Source: an uncultured Actinomycetota bacterium (lineage in GTDB: Bacteria; Actinomycetota; Actinomycetes; Propionibacteriales; Kribbellaceae). From it: a stretch of 64,000 bases of DNA. The stretch is taken from assembly GCA_963740725.1 (NCBI GenBank), contig CAVUFT010000021.1, positions 18,172 through 82,171 on the forward strand. Reading direction: 5' to 3'. A program made the translations under genes and the position numbers. The notes below the pieces were generated by a model. That model worked only from the letters and a program-made list of their open reading frames with translations, ran no database searches and was not told where the DNA came from. Every line of letters begins with the position of its first letter. Within the stretch, counting starts at the first letter, position 1. Shown here in pieces: positions 20,592-29,242 of the stretch.

Positions 20592-21776
20592 GGAACCTCG
20601 GTCACTTGGGCGTACAAGAGACTCTGGACGAGGTCCAGCGCAGTGTGCAGTCGGTCCGTGTCTGCTGCTGACAATACGACGTACCCGATCTTCGCGCCGG
20701 CCTGGTGATACGGCTCGACGTGCTCGCCTGGTGACGCGGCCAGCACCAGCTCCACCACCTCGGGCAGCGCAAGGATCTCCTCCATGCCGTGGAGTGCGAC
20801 CAGCTTGCCGGGCCGGTCGACACCGAAGGCGCGGAACAGCGCATGGGCACCAGTCTTGGCTTGTAGCTCGACAGTTTCGCCGACGGACATCCGGACGAAG
20901 GTCTCGGTCACATCGATGCCGTGCACGAGCCCGAGCAACTCCGCGGAGCCGTTGCCGCCCAGCCGGGCGCCGAGCTCGATCAGGACGACGTCATCCGTCC
21001 GGAGTGACGAGGACGTCGGCGTTCAAGGAGCCCCAGCGATAGCCGAGCGTGGTGCAGGCCTCGTCGAGCATCGCGCGCACCCTGGCAGTCAGGTCGGGTG
21101 CGGACGGCATCTGGTGTTGCAGCGTCACGAAATGCGGCGCCGGGGTCAGCATCCGGCTGCCCAGTGCGAACAGCACAATCTTGCCATCGGCAACGATTGC
21201 CTCGGCGGCGTAGTGATCGCCGGCCAGATACTCCTCGGCGATGACGATGCCCGCCGCCGACGGACCCACCGCTTTCTCCACCGCCAGGTCCAGGTCGGCG
21301 GGGGAGTAGCAGACGCTGATCCCGCGACCGCCGCTCGAGTCGGTCGGCTTGACGATCAACGGGTAGGCGAGGCCCTTCGCCGCCTTGACCTCTGCCGGAG
21401 TGCCCTGGACAAAGCGCGGCCCTGGCATGCCGAGCCGGTCGCAGGTGTCGCGGAAGAACCCCTTGTCCACCGAGGCTTTCAGTGCGTCGGGAGACAGGCC
21501 GGACGGCAGGCCCAGTCGTTCGTTGAGGGCGAACTGGGCCGGTAGGTTGACATCGCTGGCCGGTGACACCACTCCGGCGATATCGGAACGGGCCGAGAGT
21601 ACGGCGGCCAGCCGGTCGACGTCGCGCGTGCTGATGTTGAGGAACTCGTCGGCGTACGGGATGGCCGGTGCGTCCGCCCGCATGTCGACGCAGATGGTCC
21701 GCACGCCGACGCGGCGAGCCGCCTGCAGTGTGGTGATCGCGCCGTCGGCACCACCGAGAACGACCAGGGTGCTCAT
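20588..21776 (-). CDS. ATP-grasp ligase, frameshift near 20993
   Basis: DKGFFR, YPLIVKPTDSSGGRG and EEYLAG; continues in the next frame as VLIELGARLGG. Confidence 0.8.
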
Positions 21777-22765
21777 ACCGCCGCCGCCTGAGCCGGGAGT
21801 GCCGCAAGAAGGTCTGTCGACCGTACGACGAGGTTGGTCTCCCGAATCAGGAATTGCGGAGTCTGTGGCTGGCCGCGACCAACGTGAACCAGGTAGCGCG
21901 CGATCACGGCCAAGGAGATCAGCCCGGCCGCCGTGGCGAGTCCGAGGAGAACCCCTGTCACCGGAAGGCCACCGGGGATCGCGGCGGCGACAGCGCCACC
22001 GACTGCGGCAATCGCAGCCAGCAGACAGAACATCGCGGCGAGCGCGATCGGCCGGGTCGAGAACGAGACGAACAACTCGATCGCGTGCCGGGCCAGCCCG
22101 CGGACGGTCACCTTTGCCTCACCCGATCGGCGCGGTTGGTGCCGGACAGGGACGGTGGTCCAGGCCCGGGTCAGCCGCGGCAGAGTGGCCAGGAAGTAGG
22201 GGGTTCCGAGTCCCAGATCGACGATCCGGCGGGCCAGGTCGGAGCGGACCAGCCGGAAGGAGCTACCACCCGCGGGGATCTCGATGCCAAGCAATCGGCG
22301 CGCGATCAGGTCGTGCAACGCCGAGCCGGCCCGTCGGACCAAGCGGTCCTGGCGATCGACACGGATGCCGAAGACCGCGTCCATGCCCTCGGTGCGGGCG
22401 CACTCGATCAGCAGGTGCGCCTCGGCCGGCGGGAACTGCAGATCCGCGTCGAGGTGCAGCAGCCACGGGTTCCGCGCGTAGCGATAGCCGGCGGAGAAGG
22501 CTGCTTCGAGACCGAAGTTGCGGGTGAACGACACGTACGAGACGCCCTTGTCGCGCTCGGCCAGTGACCGGATCCGGGCCAGCGTCGCGTCGGTGCTGCC
22601 GTCGTCGACGAAGAGGATCTCGAGCTCGTCGTACCGGCCGAGCTCGGCGTGGATCTCGTCGTAGGCGGCCTCGATGTTGTCGGCCTCGTTCAGGCAGGGG
22701 ACGACGACGGTCAATCCGAACGGCGATCCGGGTGTGACCTCGTGCGAAGCGGGCGGCTTCGACAT
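21773..22765 (-). CDS. GT2 polyprenol-phosphate glycosyltransferase (GtrB/ArnC-like)
   Basis: VVVPCLNE, FVDDGSTD, RNFG, LDADLQFPP, FRL and two C-terminal TM helices. Confidence 0.85.
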   Translation of the reverse strand: MSKPPASHEVTPGSPFGLTVVVPCLNEADNIEAAYDEIHAELGRYDELEILFVDDGSTDATLARIRSLAERDKGVSYVSFTRNFGLEAAFSAGYRYARNPWLLHLDADLQFPPAEAHLLIECARTEGMDAVFGIRVDRQDRLVRRAGSALHDLIARRLLGIEIPAGGSSFRLVRSDLARRIVDLGLGTPYFLATLPRLTRAWTTVPVRHQPRRSGEAKVTVRGLARHAIELFVSFSTRPIALAAMFCLLAAIAAVGGAVAAAIPGGLPVTGVLLGLATAAGLISLAVIARYLVHVGRGQPQTPQFLIRETNLVVRSTDLLAALPAQAAAV

Positions 22766-22926
22766 GCATTCCCCCAGACAAACACGTGTTTGACGATCCT
22801 CTGGCGTCGATAAACGGTGAACCACAATTGGGATTTGGTCAACCTGATTCGTCAACTATTCGCCCGGAATGGTGCATGCTGACCTCCGACACCAGGAAAC
22901 AGGGCGCGACCGAACAGGGGTGGAAG

Positions 22927-24723
22927 ATGTACGTACTAGGCCTGAGCCAGGTCCATGACGCCGCCGCGGCCTTGGTCAAGGACGACGAGATCGTCGCGTT
23001 CATCGACGAGGAGCGGCTGACCAGGGTCAAGCACGACGGCTCGTTCCCGGCCCGTGCGGCCCAAGCCTGCTTGGAGATCGGCGGCATCACGCTCGGCGAC
23101 GTCGATCACGTTGCGTACTACTGGCAGGGCCGGCGCGAGGTGCGGCACGCGCTCACGCACTTCGTCCGCTACCTTCCGGCCACGTTGTCGGTCTTCCAGA
23201 ACACCGGCGGAATTTTCGCGGGCAAGGCGAGCAGCCTGGTCAGCACTGTTCGCCAGCAAGGCGTTCAGCAACACCCGGACGACTATCACGTCGGCGGCGC
23301 CTTACTACTTCATTTGAAGCGATCGCTTACATTATCGTCGATTCTCAAGAATGCCCTCGGTTACACCGGCCCGACGAAATTCAAAACACACCTGATCGAC
23401 CATCATCTGGCGCACGCCGCGAGCGCGCACTACCTGTCGCCGTTCGAGCGATCCGCGATCATCACCTGGGACGGGATCGGCAGCGACGGCACGTCGACGT
23501 ACCTGGCGGTCGGTGAGGGCGACACGATCCGCGATCTGCGGCGGGTCAAGTTCCCGCACTCGCTCGGGGCCCTCTATGCCTGTGTCACCGGCTATCTCGG
23601 CTTCAATCCGACCCGCGACGAGGGCAAGGTGATGGGCCTCGCGGCGTACGGCAAGCCGACGTACCTCGACCAGCTGCGCAAGCTCGTGCGGTTGCTGCCG
23701 GACGGCAACTACGAGCTGGACCTGAGCTACTTCCGGCATCACGCGACCGGCAAGCACGTGGTCTCGCAGAAGTTCATCGACACCTTCGGGCCTGCTCGCG
23801 AACGCAGTAAGGGACCGGTCGAGCAGAAGTACGCCGACATCGCCTACGGTCTGCAGGTTGTCCTCGAGGAGACCGGGTTGCACATCGCCCGTTGGGTCCA
23901 GCAGGAGACCGGCGCGACTGCGTTGTCGACCGCGGGCGGCGTCGCGCTGAACAGCGTGATGAACGGCCGGTTGTTGCTCGAGACCCCGTTCGAAGACTTC
24001 TACGCGCAGCCTGCCGCCGCTGATGACGGCGCCGCTCTCGGTGCGGCGCTCGCGGTCAGCGTCAAGGCCGGTCTGGGCAGGCCGCCCGGCGAGCAGGTCT
24101 TCCTCGGACCGGGCTTCTCCGAGAACGAGATGGAGAAGGCACTGATCGAGTCGGGGCTCGGCTACCAACGGGTCGAGCGGATCACCGACACCACCGCTGC
24201 AGCGCTGGCCGAAGGCAAGATCGTCGGCTGGTTCCAGGGGCGGATGGAGTGCGGTCCGCGAGCGTTGGGGAACCGGTCGATCCTGGCCGATCCGCGCGGC
24301 AAGGACACCAAGGACCGGCTGAACGAGAAGATCAAGCACCGCGAGCCGTTCCGGCCGTTCGCGCCGTCCTGCCTGGCCGACCGGTCGGGGGAGTACTTCG
24401 CCTCCGACTACCCGTCGCCGGTGATGCTGCTGGTCTTCGACGTGCTCGAGCACCAGCGCGACAAGGTGCCCGCGATCACCCACGAGGACGGCACCGCCCG
24501 GGTGCAGACCGTCTCGGCCGCCGACAATCCGGCGTACTACGAACTGATCAGCGCCTTCGCTAAGCTCACCGGTGTGCCGATGGTGGTGAACACCTCGTTC
24601 AACGACAACGAGGAGCCGATCGTGAACTCGCCCGGGGATGCGATCCGGTGCTTCCTGAAGACCGATCTCGACGCGCTGGCACTCGGCCCGTTCTGGGTGG
24701 AGAAGTCGGGGCCGCGGGCGTGA
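22927..24723 (+). CDS. Carbamoyltransferase (NodU/CmcH family)
   Basis: HDAAAA, EERLTRVKH, HHLAHAASA, DGIG, EGKVMGLAAYG, GGVALN, GPRALGNRS, KHREPFRPFAP and NTSFN. Confidence 0.93.
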   Translation: MYVLGLSQVHDAAAALVKDDEIVAFIDEERLTRVKHDGSFPARAAQACLEIGGITLGDVDHVAYYWQGRREVRHALTHFVRYLPATLSVFQNTGGIFAGKASSLVSTVRQQGVQQHPDDYHVGGALLLHLKRSLTLSSILKNALGYTGPTKFKTHLIDHHLAHAASAHYLSPFERSAIITWDGIGSDGTSTYLAVGEGDTIRDLRRVKFPHSLGALYACVTGYLGFNPTRDEGKVMGLAAYGKPTYLDQLRKLVRLLPDGNYELDLSYFRHHATGKHVVSQKFIDTFGPARERSKGPVEQKYADIAYGLQVVLEETGLHIARWVQQETGATALSTAGGVALNSVMNGRLLLETPFEDFYAQPAAADDGAALGAALAVSVKAGLGRPPGEQVFLGPGFSENEMEKALIESGLGYQRVERITDTTAAALAEGKIVGWFQGRMECGPRALGNRSILADPRGKDTKDRLNEKIKHREPFRPFAPSCLADRSGEYFASDYPSPVMLLVFDVLEHQRDKVPAITHEDGTARVQTVSAADNPAYYELISAFAKLTGVPMVVNTSFNDNEEPIVNSPGDAIRCFLKTDLDALALGPFWVEKSGPRA

Positions 24724-25393
24724 CCACCCGGTGGAAACTCAAGGCCGGGCGATCCTGGCGCGTCGGAGTGGTGGTGGGTGATCCCGGCGCTGCTGGCTGG
24801 CGCCGCGGCGCTGCTGTTCATGGTGGTGCTGCCGCCGGACCGGCACATCGACCACTGGTACGACGTACCGCTGAAGATCAGCCCGGTCGTGTTCGCGGTC
24901 TTCGCGGTGGCCGGGTTCCCGCGGCGTCCCCGGCTCGGGCTGGTGCTGGTGCTGGTGACGATCGTCGTGTTCATGGGATTCGTCGACACCGGCTACATCA
25001 TCAGGATCATGGCGTACGGCGCGGCGCCGGATCAGGACGCCGCTTTTCCGAAGCTCTACCAGTTCCAGCTGTTCGTGTCGGCGTTCGTCGTACTGGCTGT
25101 CCTGTTCGCCTATCGGCTCGGCGGCGCTACGACTGTGCGCGTGGTGAAGGCCGGGCTGGCCGGCGTACTGGTGATGGTGTCCGGTCTCAACGACCTGACC
25201 GCGTGGCGGTTCGACACCTATCCGGAAGGCCGGCCGAAGACGTTGTTCTGGGCGTCGCACATCCAGGTCTTCGTGGGTGGTCCGCCGACGCCGCTGGTCG
25301 CGCTGGCGTTCTGCCTGGTGCACCTGGTGGTGGCGGTGCGTGATCCTGTTCCTGCCCTTGCAGCGTTGGGCCGATCAGCTCAAGAGCCGCTGA
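24720..25393 (+). CDS. Uncharacterised multi-pass membrane protein (indels at both ends)
   Basis: Hydrophobic ORF core at 24778-25340, apparently coupled to the carbamoyltransferase stop. Confidence 0.6.
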
Positions 25394-26483
25394 GGTCGGC
25401 GAGGACCCGGCGGGTCGTGTTCATCGCCTGCCGGATCACTTGGTCCATGTCGATGTAGGTGTACGTCGCTAGCCGGCCGACTGTGTAGCGCGGAGGACCG
25501 GGGAGAGCTGTGAGTTCCTTCTCGTAGCGGCGCTGTAGTTGGCGGTTCGCGTTGAGCACGTCGTCGACGGGGTAGTGCCGGACGGGAGCACCTGGGTATT
25601 CGTAGCTGACGACAGTGCCGCGCTGCGTCTGGCCGCTCATCCACTTGGTCTCGATCATCCTGGTGTAGCGGACCTCGGGGCCAGGTGTGTTCAGTACGCC
25701 GCACGGCAGCAGGTGCCCGGCCTCTGGCACATAGCGGCTTTGCAGCGAGACGCCGCGCCAGGGGAGTGGACCTAGATCCGCGGCGAAGAACTCATCCAGT
25801 GCGCAGGACAGGACGACAGCATCCACTCCCATGCAGAGCTCGTCCCAGTCGACCACGGACACCTTCTGGCCGAGCGTTACCGAGACCGGCTTCAGCAAGG
25901 CGTCCACCAGACCGGTGTAGCCGCCTTCCGGCCAGCCCTGGTGGGGTGAGCGGAACAGGTAGCGGTAGTCGTCGTCGCGCAACTCGATCCGCTTCGGGGC
26001 CCAGCTCGCCGAGAGCTCGCTGGGGGAGGTGCCCCATTGCTTACGGGTGTAGCCCTCGATGAACGCGCGATAGAGGGTCTCGCCCATCAGGTCGATACAC
26101 CAGGTCTCGAAGTTGTCGGCCCGTGGTTGCTCCGGGCGCAGTTCGAGTTCGTGGCTGATCTGCGGCCACTGCTTCAGCTGCTGCAGCTCGCTCAACTGCG
26201 GTGGCCAGCTGAGCGTCGTACCGAAGACTTCAGTTCGCACCAGGTGCCGGTAGGGCCGCATGCCGATCAGACCGGTGACGAACTGCCACACCTCGTCGTC
26301 GGCGGTGTGGAAGATATGCGCCCCGGCGGGCTCGTAGAGAATCCCTGCTGCCGAAGCAGTTCGCAGCTGTCCACCCCAGGTGGCATCACCCTCGACCACC
26401 TCCACGGAACAGCCCGCGGCCGTCAGCAGATGCGCAGTCGCCGCACCCGCCAAGCCCCCACCCACCACCCGCACGGACGTCAT
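25380..26483 (-). CDS. glf: UDP-galactopyranose mutase family protein
   Basis: VVGGGLAG, GAHIFHT, YTRKQWG, YTRMIE, YEYP and GRLATYTYIDMDQ. Confidence 0.85.
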   Translation of the reverse strand: MTSVRVVGGGLAGAATAHLLTAAGCSVEVVEGDATWGGQLRTASAAGILYEPAGAHIFHTADDEVWQFVTGLIGMRPYRHLVRTEVFGTTLSWPPQLSELQQLKQWPQISHELELRPEQPRADNFETWCIDLMGETLYRAFIEGYTRKQWGTSPSELSASWAPKRIELRDDDYRYLFRSPHQGWPEGGYTGLVDALLKPVSVTLGQKVSVVDWDELCMGVDAVVLSCALDEFFAADLGPLPWRGVSLQSRYVPEAGHLLPCGVLNTPGPEVRYTRMIETKWMSGQTQRGTVVSYEYPGAPVRHYPVDDVLNANRQLQRRYEKELTALPGPPRYTVGRLATYTYIDMDQVIRQAMNTTRRVLADLSGS

Positions 26484-26574
26484 CCGCCGGAGTGTAGGAC
26501 CGCCATCCCCACTCCGGACAGCATCAAACGACTGTCCCAGCAGTACCCCGTACTACGCGCAGCGAGTCGCTGGG

Positions 26575-28137
26575 CTACTCGCGCCAGCCGGTGAGATCGA
26601 CGGACTTGGCGCTCTCGACGCGGAAGGCGAGTTTGACGGTGGTCTGTTCGCCGGCCGGCAGATCGAGCTTCCAGGTGATGACGCCGAGGTCGGTGGTCTC
26701 GGTGGGCTCGGGCGAGGTGCTGATCGGTTTGACCGTGATCTCGTGATCCCGTGCCACCGGCAACTGATCGAGGACGGTGATCCGGGCCGCGCGCGGGGTG
26801 TGGTTCTCGATCTTGGTCTCGTACTCGACCTCCCGCCGGCGGGTCGATCCGAGGGTCGCCTTGGTCGCGGTACGCCGTACCAGCTCGCGTTCGACCCGGA
26901 TGCGATCGTCGAGGCCGAGGGCGAGCTCGACCTCTTCGCCGGGAGCCCACAGCGGCAGCCCGGTCGAGCCGACGAACTCCGCCTCGTGGAAGACGGCGGC
27001 TCGGCCGGCGGGCATCGTGTGCGTGCTGGAGTTCACGACGGTGGCGCGCAGGTGGACGTCGGTGGATCGAACCGGGGCAGTGATGTAGTCCAGTTCGGTC
27101 TTGAGATCGACGGACGCGATCGTCGCGCGGTGGGCGGCGCCGTCGGCGGGCACGGCGACCGGTCGCGGTGGGGTGTAGGTGGCGGCGGTGATCCCTTGCT
27201 CGACGGTCGCTTCGACCTCGGCGAAAGCACGCTTTGCCCGGTGGCTCCCGCGACCTGCCGAGTCTGCCGCCTGCATACCGAGCGAGACCGCAGCCGGCGC
27301 CATCGGTGCGATGGGCGCCGGGGGGTGCTGGCGGTCGAGGTACCAGGGGTCGAGTTCGGGCACCTTCGCGCTCACCGTCGGCCGGGCGGTGGAGAGCTTG
27401 AGGTCGCACTCGGGCCAGTCCTCGCCGGTGTGCTGGGTGATCAGGCCGAACCAGCTCAGCGTCAGCTGATCGTCCGCGAGGCGCACGTCGTACGTGCTCG
27501 ACCAGGAGGCACCCGCGACGACGTACGAGAGCTCGATCTCCACCTCGGCCTCGGATTCGACGGCCAGCGCGACGGCAACCGAGAGGCGATCCGGCCTGCG
27601 CTGCTCGGCGACCGTGGCCAGCTGGCGATCCGCGGCCGCGAGCCGCTCTTCGGCTTCTTCCTGCTGCCTGGTCAGCTCCCGGCGCTTCGTCCGTACGGCG
27701 GTGAGCCGGGTGGCCAGCGACTCGGTGAACTCACCGAGGTCGGCGCTCGTCTCGCCGGCCGCGACGGACTTGGCGAAACTGCCGCCGGCCCGGCGTCCCA
27801 GCTGAGCCAGGAACACGTCGAGCTGGGCCTGGACGTCATCGGCGTCGGAGAGACTCGCGACCTCCTCCTGGGCCTCGCGGCGTTGGCGCTCCAGCTCGGT
27901 GACGGTCTCGTCGGGTGCCTGCGAGTGATGCCGCATGGCGACGTCCACGCCGAGCACGGTGGCCGGTCCGCGGCCGGCTACCCGGACGGAATCCTCCTGC
28001 AACGCCAGGGGAAGCGCATCGACGTACACGGTCTGGTCACCGGCAGGCACGGTGAGCTTTCCGCGTCGCGTCACCCGGGCGCGGTCGGGATAGACGACGA
28101 CGGCGACGATCGGAGCATCCACCACGAGTTCGGTCAT
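26575..28137 (-). CDS. DUF4140/DUF4139 domain protein
   Basis: VVVYPDRARVTR, DSVRV, LSYVVAGASW..YD, QHTGEDW, LSTARP and VLDQLPV. Confidence 0.85.
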   Translation of the reverse strand: MTELVVDAPIVAVVVYPDRARVTRRGKLTVPAGDQTVYVDALPLALQEDSVRVAGRGPATVLGVDVAMRHHSQAPDETVTELERQRREAQEEVASLSDADDVQAQLDVFLAQLGRRAGGSFAKSVAAGETSADLGEFTESLATRLTAVRTKRRELTRQQEEAEERLAAADRQLATVAEQRRPDRLSVAVALAVESEAEVEIELSYVVAGASWSSTYDVRLADDQLTLSWFGLITQHTGEDWPECDLKLSTARPTVSAKVPELDPWYLDRQHPPAPIAPMAPAAVSLGMQAADSAGRGSHRAKRAFAEVEATVEQGITAATYTPPRPVAVPADGAAHRATIASVDLKTELDYITAPVRSTDVHLRATVVNSSTHTMPAGRAAVFHEAEFVGSTGLPLWAPGEEVELALGLDDRIRVERELVRRTATKATLGSTRRREVEYETKIENHTPRAARITVLDQLPVARDHEITVKPISTSPEPTETTDLGVITWKLDLPAGEQTTVKLAFRVESAKSVDLTGWRE

Positions 28138-28162
28138 CCTCCGACAGTAGCCGCCGCCCCGA

Positions 28163-29134
28163 TCAGCCGAACCATTCGCAGAATCCGCAGTCCGCGGCGG
28201 ATGCGCCCAGCCGCCAGGCCGACCGCGGACGCAGCTGCCGGGCGACCTGCTCGGCACGGCTGTTCCGCTCGTCCTGGAGGACCTTGTTCTCCACGAAGTT
28301 CGACGAGGTGACGTGCGCCCATTGCCCATCACCGCGCACCCAGAAATGCGGCTTGCCTTCGCCGTCGTCAGCCCGCCAGACCTGAGGCTGGATCTCGGTG
28401 CAGCTTCGCGCTCCACCGGCAACCAGGTCGGTGAACATCCGGCAGGGCGCGTCCGCATCCGGCTGCTTCCCGGGACGGATCGTCACCTCGGTATCGGCGA
28501 TCCGGTCGCCCCTGGAATTAGGGGCCTGAAGCACCATGTAGAAGAGTTCACTGTCGGTCGACTTCACACTGAACGGCCAGGTGTCGGTCCACTCCGGCTG
28601 CAGCGGCTCCTCGACGAACTTCGTCATCGTGCGTTGCTCCGTCCGCACGTGGTCGACCTTCACGATCAACGGAACAGCCGCAGCGGCGACGACGGCGAGC
28701 CCCAACACAGCGACGATGACGCTCCGGTACGCCGGGGAGGGCGCGCCGGCAGAGGGCCGATTGGCGAGAACGAGCGTGACGACGAGGACCGCCACCCCGA
28801 GCGGGTAGAGGACGACGTACCAGCCCATCGCGATGCCGAAGGTACCGATGCCGATCAGCGCGACCGCAACCGTCGATCCCACCACGAAGACCAGGCCGAA
28901 CCGAGCGAGCGACGCCAGAATCGGCATCACGACCACCGGTACTACGGCCAGCGAAATCATGAAGACCGCCAGTGCGATCAAGCTGTCTTCGCAGTCACCC
29001 GAGGAGCAGGTCTGGGTCCGATCCGCGATCAGCGCCGCAATCACAGCGACGCCGAGCGCAACGAGGAACGAACAAATCACCGCCGCGATCATGCGGACGA
29101 TCCGCCCTACAGGCCGCTTCGCTGGAGTCTCCAC
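28163..29134 (-). CDS. Hypothetical membrane protein
   Basis: Several N-terminal TM helices plus a soluble C-terminal domain; leaderless-type -10 box upstream. Confidence 0.65.
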   Translation of the reverse strand: METPAKRPVGRIVRMIAAVICSFLVALGVAVIAALIADRTQTCSSGDCEDSLIALAVFMISLAVVPVVVMPILASLARFGLVFVVGSTVAVALIGIGTFGIAMGWYVVLYPLGVAVLVVTLVLANRPSAGAPSPAYRSVIVAVLGLAVVAAAAVPLIVKVDHVRTEQRTMTKFVEEPLQPEWTDTWPFSVKSTDSELFYMVLQAPNSRGDRIADTEVTIRPGKQPDADAPCRMFTDLVAGGARSCTEIQPQVWRADDGEGKPHFWVRGDGQWAHVTSSNFVENKVLQDERNSRAEQVARQLRPRSAWRLGASAADCGFCEWFG

Positions 29135-29198
29135 GCGATCACCCTAAGTACCCGGCGGCCGCAACGCCTGAGAACTTCTACTCAACTGAGGAGCGTGT

Positions 29199-29231
29199 CT
29201 CCGGGCCGGATCGCTGGGATCCGGCCCGGAG
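29199..29231. terminator. Hairpin downstream of the subtilase gene
   Basis: CTCCGGGCCGGATC-GCTGG-GATCCGGCCCGGAG, a 14-bp perfect stem. Confidence 0.7.
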
Positions 29232-29242
29232 CGCTCAGGGCG

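Noticed and set aside
22830-22860. GTCAAC direct repeat in the divergent GT2/carbamoyltransferase promoter
   Set aside because: Only two short copies 13 nt apart, too weak to call a binding site.
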